This document shows, piece after piece, positions 56,593 to 64,000 of a stretch of DNA of 64,000 bases (positions are counted from its first letter, which is position 1; every line of letters starts with the position of its first letter). The notes beneath the pieces were generated by a model that worked only from the letters and a program-made list of their open reading frames with translations, had not been told where the DNA came from and did not search any database. The stretch spans positions 768,001 through 832,000 of the forward strand of contig OZ219790.1 in NCBI GenBank assembly GCA_964291215.2, in the 5' to 3' direction. The position numbers and the translations under genes are program-made. This stretch comes from Alphaproteobacteria bacterium (GTDB taxonomy: Bacteria > Pseudomonadota > Alphaproteobacteria > MPNO01 > UBA830).

Positions 56593-56678
56593 CTCACGGA
56601 GAATTCCCCCGTTCAATGCCCGGCCGGGATACGTATTGCCGGCCGGGCGGCCGCCGACCCGACAAGGAGACCGACGCC

Positions 56679-56948
56679 ATGACCGCGCAGACCCTGCCGG
56701 ACTGCCCGAACTTCTGCTTCGCGCCCGCCTGGGACATCGAGGTCGATGCCCAGCAGATCAGGATCGTCATCGAAGGCCTCGCCGGGCATGTCCCCACCGC
56801 ACTCATCGCCCTCGACCTCGACGATGCTCTCGGCCTTTGCGACAGGCTGAACCGTCGGCTCGGTTACGACCGCGAGGCCTGGACCGCCATGGCGGCGGCG
56901 TCCATGCGCACCGGGGACGGCGATCCCGACAGCGAGCCGTGGCACTGA
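56679..56948 (+). CDS. Small hypothetical protein
   Basis: RBS AAGGAG; 89 aa. Confidence 0.6.
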   Translation: MTAQTLPDCPNFCFAPAWDIEVDAQQIRIVIEGLAGHVPTALIALDLDDALGLCDRLNRRLGYDREAWTAMAAASMRTGDGDPDSEPWH

Positions 56949-57600
56949 GGCTGAACCGCCCTCCGATCGTTGCCTTCGCGACGCCGCCTCCCTTCCGGCC
57001 CGACGGAACAGGCGGCCCGACCGTGTTCGTCTTCCTGCTGCGCCGCCGGCCCGTCGCCGTCCGGCGACCCATGGGGGCTCGCACATGGCGGCCATGCTCC
57101 GCTGCCGGCCCGCCGACGCGTGCAGTCATCCGCGCCGCGCGAGCCATGGCCGGGCGATCCGGACCGGCAGGACGGGCAGCACCGCCGCTGCCGCCGGCCG
57201 GGGCAGGCCCGCGAACAACGCCGCCGGAACTGCCGCGGCGCCCGGACTGTGCGCCGATAGCCCGGGCGCCGGAGGCGTCGGCAGCCGAGCGCCCCGGATC
57301 GGTGTTCCGGCCAGGCAGCGGCAGACCGCAGGGCGCGAGGAACGCGAGCGATGCCGCGGCCGTCAGCAGCTCCCCCGGACCCGCAAACGCACCGGCGGCG
57401 TCCGGCCCGCAAGGAAGCGCCAGTGGCCCGGAGGCCGCGCCGCGCCATCGATCCCCGCCCGTTCATGCGCACCAATGCCCCGGGGCGGCAATGCAGGCGA
57501 GGCCGACCCGTTCGCGCCGCAGAGGTGGAGAGGAGCGCGCGGGGGAGCGAAGCCGCTGACGGAGAGGTAGCGGCGGTAATCGCAACCGGGGAGATCGGAC

Positions 57601-58146
57601 ATGGCGACATTGCGATATGCGGGGATCGGGGCGCGGGCGACACCGACGGCCGTGCTGGCGGATATGGGCGTCATCGCGGGATGGCTGGCCCGGACCGGCT
57701 GGCATCTGTCTTCCGGCGGGGCGGACGGGGCCGATGCTGCGTTTGCGGCGGGAGCGTCAGCAGAGCAGCGGACGATCTGGCTGCCGTGGCGGGGCTATAA
57801 CGGGCATCGCGGCGCCGACTGCCGGACCCTGTCTCCGGCGGCGATGGCGGCAAGCCTGGAGATCGCGGCGCCCCTGCATCCGGCCTGGGAGCGCTGTTCG
57901 CCGGCCGTGCGCAAGCTGCATGCCCGGAACGCGGCGGTGGTGCTCGGCGGGACCCTGGAGCGCCCGGTCGATGCGGTCGTGTGCTGGAGCGAACGCGGCG
58001 CGTCAACCGGCGGCACGGGCATGGCCATCCGCATCGCCCGGACCCGCGGCATCCCGGTTCTGAACCTGGGGTCGATGCCGCCGCGCGCCGTCTGTGAGCG
58101 CCTGGCCGCGATCCGCCGCGCCGTCCCCCCGTGTAGAGAGGAGTGA
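57601..58146 (+). CDS. SLOG superfamily (DprA/YpsA-like) protein
   Basis: YAGIGAR.TP, SGGADGAD, HARN and GGTGMA motifs. Confidence 0.8.
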   Translation: MATLRYAGIGARATPTAVLADMGVIAGWLARTGWHLSSGGADGADAAFAAGASAEQRTIWLPWRGYNGHRGADCRTLSPAAMAASLEIAAPLHPAWERCSPAVRKLHARNAAVVLGGTLERPVDAVVCWSERGASTGGTGMAIRIARTRGIPVLNLGSMPPRAVCERLAAIRRAVPPCREE

Positions 58147-58257
58147 GGCGCCTGCCGGGCGAGTGTCCGGCAGGGCGGAGGAGAGGACTCCCCGCCGATG
58201 CCGGATCGGTGTCCGGCACAGGTTGCCGGGCAGGGCAACGGCAGAGGAGTTCCCGCC

Positions 58258-58509
58258 ATGTTTCATCCCGATACATCCCTCGACCTTCCGACCGGCTGCG
58301 ACCTGCTCGCCGAACTCGGCGTCGACCGCCGCACCGTCCGCGAGATCACGGAGGACGAGCGCGCCATCCGCTGTCCCGACCGGGGCGCGGCCTGTCCGGT
58401 GCACGGCTTCGCGAGCCTCTTCCCGGAACCGGCCCTCGGGATGTCCCTCCAGGAAGCGGCGCCGGCGGAGCTCCGGGACCCGGCGGCGGCGCTCCCTCCG
58501 GCGGCATAG
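58258..58509 (+). CDS. Small hypothetical protein
   Basis: RBS GAGGAG before the ATG; co-oriented with neighbours. Confidence 0.4.
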   Translation: MFHPDTSLDLPTGCDLLAELGVDRRTVREITEDERAIRCPDRGAACPVHGFASLFPEPALGMSLQEAAPAELRDPAAALPPAA

Positions 58510-58618
58510 AGGGGAGGAGGGCCTGAAGAGATTGAACGGTCGGGGGTTCGGGGGAGTGACCCCGGCCCCGGTCGTTCGCAACCCATCGTCATCAACGCGA
58601 ACCTGAAGGAGTATCGCA

Positions 58619-59062
58619 ATGAGTTTCGGATTGAACAAGGTGCAGATCATCGGCCGCCTCGGCGCCGACGTCACCATCAACCACCTCGCATCGGGCGGGC
58701 GCGTCGCCAACCTGAGCATCGCGACTGACGAGTCGTTCATCAACAAGCAGACCGGCGAGAAGGTCGACAGGACCGAGTGGCACCGGGTCGTGACCTTCCA
58801 GGACGGGCTGATCGACATGCTCGGGAAGCACGCCACCAAGGGCCGGCTGGTCTACATCGACGGCAAGCTCCAGACTCGGCGCTGGTCGAAGCCGGGCGAG
58901 GACGGCGACCGCTTCTCGACCGAGATCCTGCTGGTCCCCGGCGGGCGCGTCCAGTTCCTCGACAAGCCGAACGGCAACGCCGCGCAGCCCGGCCCGGACG
59001 CGGCGGACGGCTCCGCGCCGGCCGGCGGCGACCCGATGGACGGGGACGAGATCCCGTTCTAG
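58619..59062 (+). CDS. ssb: Single-stranded DNA-binding protein
   Basis: LNKVQIIGRLG, TEWHRV and C-terminal DEIPF. Confidence 0.95.
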   Translation: MSFGLNKVQIIGRLGADVTINHLASGGRVANLSIATDESFINKQTGEKVDRTEWHRVVTFQDGLIDMLGKHATKGRLVYIDGKLQTRRWSKPGEDGDRFSTEILLVPGGRVQFLDKPNGNAAQPGPDAADGSAPAGGDPMDGDEIPF

Positions 59063-59088
59063 AGCTTCCCGTTCTTCCTTCCCCACAG

Positions 59089-59119
59089 GGCCGGCGCCTC
59101 GCGCGCCGGCCTTTTTTTT
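59089..59119 (+). terminator. Rho-independent terminator after ssb
   Basis: GGCCGGCGC..GCGCCGGCC stem followed by T8. Confidence 0.8.
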
Positions 59120-59251
59120 GCAGCCGAACCGGAGCCGGTCCGTCCGGGCGCCGCGCCCGCGCCTGGCGCGGGCCGCTCGCCTTCCGGCGCCGTCCGGAGG
59201 CGGAGGGCGGCCGGTATCGGGCGTCCCGCTCGACCTGAAAGGAAGTTCCGC

Positions 59252-60409
59252 ATGCAGCACCAACCGTCTCCCGCCGCCGCCATCGCCGCCGCGCTTGCCG
59301 CGCGCGCCGAGGCGGTCTGCCGACGCTATCTGCCCCATGGCCGCCGGCAGGGCCGCTACTGGATCTGCGGCGACCTCGACGGCGCCCGCGGACGCTCGCT
59401 CTTCGTCCGCCTGCGCGGACCCGGCACGCCGGGCAAGTGGACCGATGCGGCCCGGGGCACGCACGGCGACCTGCTCGACCTGATCCGCTACCGCTCGGAC
59501 GCGCCGACGCTGCGCGCGGCGCTCGACGAGGCGCGGCGCTTCCTCGCCCTGGAGCCTGCCCCGGACAGTGCCCGGACCTGTTCCGGGTATCCGGGGGCCC
59601 CGGACGCGCCCTGGGACGCGACAGAGGCTGCCCGCCGCCTGTGGCGGCGCTGCCGCGCCATCGACGCCACCCATGCCGAGCGTTATCTCCACGCCCGGGG
59701 CCTCGCGCGCTGCCGCTTCGCGGCGCTGCGCTTTCACCCGGAGCTTCGCTACCGCGAAGGCTCCCTGGTGCGCCGCCTCCCGGCGCTGGTCGCCGCCGTC
59801 ACCGGCGGCGACCCCGGATACCCGGAACAGGTCCGGGCACTGTCCGGGGCAGGCGGCCCGATCCTCGGCGTGCAGCGCACCTGGCTCGATCCCCGCGCAC
59901 CCGCCAAGGCGGACGTCGCCGCGCCGCGCAAGGCGCTCGGACGCATCCACGGCCTCGCGGTGCGCTTCGGCGCGCCTGCCGGCCACGCGCCGCTCGTCGT
60001 CGGCGAGGGCATCGAGACGGTCCTCTCGCTGGTCACCGCCGTGCCCGAGATCACGGCCGCCGCCGCGCTCTCCGCCGGGAGCCTCGGCGCGTTCGCGCCG
60101 CCGCCCGGCCTCGCGCGGCTGGTCATCGCGCAGGACAATGACGAGCACGGCGCGCTCGCGGCCGAACGCCTCGCCCGGCGCTGCGCGCGGGCCGGCGTCG
60201 CCGCCACCGTCATCCTGCCCGCCGGCAACGACTTCAACGACGACCTCGTCGCCCTCGGCCCGGCAACGCTCCGCGCCCGCTTCGCGCCGCTGTTCCGTAC
60301 CGCCGCCTGCGCCTCCGGCTCCCCGGCCGGCGCGGGCTCCCGGTCCGCCGGAGGAAGAGGAGAGCGGAGGGTCGGGCAAGCCGACCCGAAGAGTGGAGGG
60401 AGTTCATGA
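59252..60409 (+). CDS. Toprim-domain primase-like protein
   Basis: GKWTD..GDLLDL, YLHARG, GEGIET, AQDND and DFND motifs. Confidence 0.9.
   Translation: MQHQPSPAAAIAAALAARAEAVCRRYLPHGRRQGRYWICGDLDGARGRSLFVRLRGPGTPGKWTDAARGTHGDLLDLIRYRSDAPTLRAALDEARRFLALEPAPDSARTCSGYPGAPDAPWDATEAARRLWRRCRAIDATHAERYLHARGLARCRFAALRFHPELRYREGSLVRRLPALVAAVTGGDPGYPEQVRALSGAGGPILGVQRTWLDPRAPAKADVAAPRKALGRIHGLAVRFGAPAGHAPLVVGEGIETVLSLVTAVPEITAAAALSAGSLGAFAPPPGLARLVIAQDNDEHGALAAERLARRCARAGVAATVILPAGNDFNDDLVALGPATLRARFAPLFRTAACASGSPAGAGSRSAGGRGERRVGQADPKSGGSS
59554..59854. repeat. Perfect 43-bp inverted pair of nested palindromic elements (59554-59596 and 59812-59854)
   Basis: GCCTGCCCCGGACAGTGCCCGGACCTGTTCCGGGTATCCGGGG and its exact reverse complement. 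Confidence 0.9.
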
Positions 60410-60762
60410 AAGCCGTCGTCAACCTGAAAACCGAGACCCGGCTGCGCGAGGCGTTCGAATACGCGCAGGTCGTCGACAACACCGTGCTGATCGACCGCCG
60501 CACCAGGTGGGGCAATCCTTTTGTCATGGGCAGGGACGGCACCCGCGACGAGGTGATCGAAAAATACCGCGCCGACCTCTGGCGCCGCATCCGCGCGGGC
60601 GAGATTACCCTCGAAGAGCTGGCCGGACTGGACGGCTGCTGGCTCGCCTGCTGGTGCGAGCCGCTGCCCTGCCACGGCGATGTCCTCGCCCGGGCCGCAG
60701 AATGGGCATCCGGGCAGCTGGCGCAGCGCAACACCGGCCGGACGGAAGGAGGCGCGTCATGA
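60406..60762 (+). CDS. DUF4326-like protein
   Basis: IDR.T.WGNPF and LACWCEPLPCHGDVL motifs. Confidence 0.85.
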   Translation: MKAVVNLKTETRLREAFEYAQVVDNTVLIDRRTRWGNPFVMGRDGTRDEVIEKYRADLWRRIRAGEITLEELAGLDGCWLACWCEPLPCHGDVLARAAEWASGQLAQRNTGRTEGGAS

Positions 60763-60986
60763 GCACCATCTCCTTCCGCCGCATCGCCCCCGACGAATCC
60801 CGCATCTACCGGGACGGCGATCATGTCGGAGACGTCCACGCCTTCGACGACAGCATCCGGCCGGGGCGCAGGGTGTTCGCCATACATCTCGACGAGGACC
60901 CGCGCGGCCCCGTCTATCTCCACGACCGCGCCCGCATCCGCGACACCGCCCGGCAGCGGGTCGACTCCCATCCCCTGTGGAACTGA
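60759..60986 (+). CDS. Small hypothetical protein
   Basis: ATGA overlap with the upstream gene; RBS GGAGG. Confidence 0.65.
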   Translation: MSTISFRRIAPDESRIYRDGDHVGDVHAFDDSIRPGRRVFAIHLDEDPRGPVYLHDRARIRDTARQRVDSHPLWN

Positions 60987-61080
60987 CGCAAGGGCGGGCA
61001 GGACCGGAAATCCTTCCCCGCGCCGGGCCGGGACGAAACGACGATGGGGTCCGTGCAGGGCGAGAGAAATACGCCACCCC

Positions 61081-61320
61081 GCTGTGATCTCCAATCGTGT
61101 CACACGGGCTCGCGACAGCAACCCCTGCGGGGTCCTCCGGTCGCTCCGCTCCCTGCGGCCCGGCCAAGAAGCTCTACGGGCGGACCGTGAAAGTCGACGA
61201 CCGTGAAGATCGCAGGGCGATCTTCCGCACCATCGCCGACTTTCCGCACCACTCCGCCCAAGAGCTTCTACGCCCGGGTGCTTCTGCTGCGCGCGCGTGC
61301 CCCGACAGGACATCACAACG
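61081..61320. promoter_or_regulatory. Long nested imperfect stem-loop; candidate single-strand promoter or ssi
   Basis: Nested complementary arms around the apex GAAGATCGC-AGG-GCGATCTTC. Confidence 0.55.
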
Positions 61321-61358
61321 GGGATCGGCCCCGAACGTGAAACCGAAAGGAAAACGAC

Positions 61359-62285
61359 ATGACCTTCCATACCGATACCACCGAAACCGCAGCACAGTCC
61401 GCAACCGCGATCGTCTGCGACAACGCCGCTCTCTTCGGCGCAACCCCCGAGCGGGACGAGTTCGACACCCGCGAGGTCTGGGACGAGGACGAGGCCATCG
61501 TCGCCGTCAACGAAGCCTTCCGCATCCTCAGCCAGGGCGTCGCGCCGGACGGATACCAGATGGCAGACGAACGCGAACACCTCCTCTGGGGCTTCGTCAA
61601 CATGCTCCACGCCCAGACACAGCGCCTCGACCGCAGCGTCGACAAGCTCACCCCCGAACTCCAGGACCTCCAGCGCACCCAGGACGGCTCCGAGATCAGG
61701 TCCCTGGAACTGGAACTCGTGACCGACCGCGCACAGTGCCTCACCGCACGCCGCGACGCCTTCGAGACCCTGCGTAACGAGGCCGCCGAAACCTACCGCG
61801 CAGACACCGGCGACACCTGGCGGCCCCGGCGCGGCAGCCACGCCAGCCAGACCGGACATCTGACCTCCGCCGCCATCGACGCCCGCGACTTCGTCCGCGC
61901 CCGAAAGGACCGCAAGACACAGGCTCACCTGCCCCAGGGAACCCTCGTCGCCATCGCAGGCGGAAAGGACATCGCAAACCCGGCGGCGGTCATCGAGCGC
62001 CTCGACAAGGTCCGCGCCAAGTATGCCGACCTCGTCCTCGTCCATGGCGGCGGCCCCGGCGTCGAGAAGATCGCCGCCAGCTGGGCAGAGCGCAACGGCG
62101 TCCACCAGGTCGTCTGCAAGCCCGACTGGGACCGCCACGGACGCGCCGCACCCTTCCGCCGCAACGACGAACTGCTCAACCTCCTGCCGAAGGGCGTCAT
62201 CGCCTTCCCCGGCTCCGGCATCACCGAAAACCTCGTCGACAAGGCCCGCAGCCTCGGCATCCCCGTGCAGCGCTGTGCCGCCTGA
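61359..62285 (+). CDS. DUF2493 / YspA-SLOG domain protein
   Basis: VHGGGPG, AAPFRRN and AFPGSGIT motifs. Confidence 0.85.
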   Translation: MTFHTDTTETAAQSATAIVCDNAALFGATPERDEFDTREVWDEDEAIVAVNEAFRILSQGVAPDGYQMADEREHLLWGFVNMLHAQTQRLDRSVDKLTPELQDLQRTQDGSEIRSLELELVTDRAQCLTARRDAFETLRNEAAETYRADTGDTWRPRRGSHASQTGHLTSAAIDARDFVRARKDRKTQAHLPQGTLVAIAGGKDIANPAAVIERLDKVRAKYADLVLVHGGGPGVEKIAASWAERNGVHQVVCKPDWDRHGRAAPFRRNDELLNLLPKGVIAFPGSGITENLVDKARSLGIPVQRCAA

Positions 62286-62730
62286 CCGCAGCACCTCGAC
62301 GGGCCATGTCGTCGCTCCGGCGGCGGCGTGGCCCGTTTTCGTATGCGCACACCGCCCGCCGGACCGCAACGGTCTCCTCGCACCGGCGCTGCGCACCGCG
62401 CTCGTCGGCGAACGCGCCCCGCTCGCCCTGGCCGGCTGCGCCGGCTGCGGGCACCGCCCCGGCTCGCCGCCGCTGCATTCCGTGCCTCGCCGGTGACGGC
62501 TCCGCCGCACACCGCGCTCCGCACCACGCCGTGCAACGCTGTCCGCACAAGTGCGGACATGACCGCCCGAGCCTTCGGCAGCGTGCTGCGCACGACTGCC
62601 TGCACCTCCGGCCGCACAGCCCGCCGCTCACACGCCGCGGCGGCTCCCCTCCGCCGCTCTCGCCGGCGTCGATCCCCCCAACGTCAATGCAGCAAATCAG
62701 GCCGCTTCGGACCGCCCGGGGCGGCCTCGG

Positions 62731-62760
62731 TTCTCACACCCCACTCACCTGAAGGTGAAG
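62731..62760 (-). other. MOBF/F-like oriT nic site
   Basis: Minus strand TCACC-TTCA-GGTGA hairpin followed by GTGGGGTGT^G, matching the F-plasmid nic sequence. Confidence 0.75.
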
Positions 62761-62885
62761 GTATGCCAGGCGCGCGCCTGACCGCTTTCCATTGCGATTT
62801 CAACGCCTCGTGACGACACAGCGTTGTTGGGCCGAGTGTATGTCCGAAGCATACTTGCGTAACACAATCCGTGTTCGACAAACCG

Positions 62886-63023
62886 TTTCAATGACTTGCG
62901 CGCAGTCAATCTGACTGCTCGCCCCGGTTCTCCAAGGTTCGCAAATTTCCTCGATCCCGAGAAGCACTCAGATTGACTGTGCGCTGGGCTACGCCCGCCA
63001 TTGAAAGCAGTCAATCTGACTGC
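62886..63023. promoter_or_regulatory. Three palindromic operator-like sites CAGTCAATCTGACTG
   Basis: 62902-62918, 62965-62979 (inverted, one mismatch) and 63007-63023. Confidence 0.7.
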
Positions 63024-63154
63024 ATGGCCCAAGCGGTCCCCGAGTGCCCGAACGCAGGCGGGCCGATCCCCTTCATGCATCGGCCGCTACGAATCCCGGC
63101 CAGGCTGTCGTACTGTGCGGCGATGGAATCTTGCCGGCAAGGATGCATCGACCG

Positions 63155-63505
63155 ATGGCGGAGACGTTGACGAGGACCATCCGGGTCACACCGGAGCAAT
63201 GGGAGCGGATCGAAAAGACTGCCAGGGATCGCGAGATCTCAGCGAACCGGCTCGTGGTCGAACTCGTCATGGAAGCCATCGACCGCCGTGAATGGCCGCG
63301 TACCGAGCTCGATATCCAGGTCGCGAAGGCTGCGCTGTTCGCCGCCCAGGTCCTGCGGCGCGACCTTATCGCCACCGGTCGCAAGGATGAAGTCGAGGAA
63401 ATTCTGCAGTTCGTTGCCTCATTGCTCCCTGAGTCCGCCGCCAACCTGCCGTCATCGTCAAGCTCGCCGGCGTCACGATTCGATCCGAAACAGGGCTCCG
63501 AGTAG
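63155..63505 (+). CDS. RHH-like relaxosome accessory candidate
   Basis: TIRVTPEQWERIE beta-strand and helix; adjacent to the oriT. Confidence 0.65.
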   Translation: MAETLTRTIRVTPEQWERIEKTARDREISANRLVVELVMEAIDRREWPRTELDIQVAKAALFAAQVLRRDLIATGRKDEVEEILQFVASLLPESAANLPSSSSSPASRFDPKQGSE

Positions 63506-63700
63506 CTTGGCCATTCCTCTCGGGAAGGTCCGCGCGAGAGCACAACCCGCGAATCTCCGCTTGGTCTGCGCCTATCGTCCTGCCTTCGTTCTTCCCAGGA
63601 GCCCGCTGTTTGCTGCTTCCGGATTTGACAATATGTGTCTTTTCCAGAATGGTTTAGCCTGGATCTATACGGTTTTCAGTCAATCGAGGTCGGTGGAACC

Positions 63701-63940
63701 ATGGTATCCGAGGAACCTTGGGTCGGAATCACTGAAGTAGCCGCTCACCTGGGAGTATCCAAAGACACGGTTTACCGCTGGGTCGACACGCACGGTCTGC
63801 CTGCCCGCCGCGTCGGTCGGTTGTTCCGCTTCAGGCTTTCGCAGGTAGACGAGTGGGTCGAGAGTACGGACCATGTGGCTACAAGCCGTAAGTCGGGAAG
63901 GGCGGACATCACAGGACGGAACAGTCCACGCAATGGTTGA
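63701..63940 (+). CDS. Excisionase-like HTH DNA-binding protein
   Basis: EVAAHLGVSKDTVYRW..LPARRVGRLFRF..VDEW. Confidence 0.85.
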   Translation: MVSEEPWVGITEVAAHLGVSKDTVYRWVDTHGLPARRVGRLFRFRLSQVDEWVESTDHVATSRKSGRADITGRNSPRNG

Positions 63941-64000
63941 GCATGCCCTTGCGGCGCGGATCGGGAGCCGCGTGTCTCTCACCGGGCATTTCGACGCTCC

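Overview
GC-rich bacterial DNA, probably alphaproteobacterial and possibly host-associated, made up entirely of accessory material. The left part (1-41.4 kb) holds three paralogous starts of a modular FN3/Ig-like autotransporter adhesin gene. One is intact (5129/5260-11751), one is split by a nested IS66 (41379-30394, minus strand), and one is truncated and fused to an S24 repressor tail (3748-4321). All three share a conserved RBS/ATG leader, followed by a long poly-C tract and then the signal peptide, and in all three the tract length puts the leader out of frame. This is the layout of a phase-variable contingency locus. Between these genes lie many IS elements (IS66, IS256, IS1380, IS630, ISKra4-like, IS4/IS5-like), an IS66 carrying a DUF4338/DruA-like passenger, ankyrin and pentapeptide genes, a Kef-type antiporter, a 3' half-tRNA and integrase remnants. 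The right part (41.8-64 kb) is the leading region of a conjugative or mobilisable element: AAA, DUF3150-like, VWA, ParB-like, GHKL ATPase, RadC, strawberry-notch methylase/helicase, two SLOG proteins, SSB, toprim and DUF4326. All these genes point toward an F-like (MOBF) oriT at about 62.74 kb, which is followed by RHH and HTH genes. A family of short palindromic elements (AGCCTGCCCC...GGGG) is inserted into several coding regions, mostly in frame. Product names come from motif recognition by eye; no database search was run.
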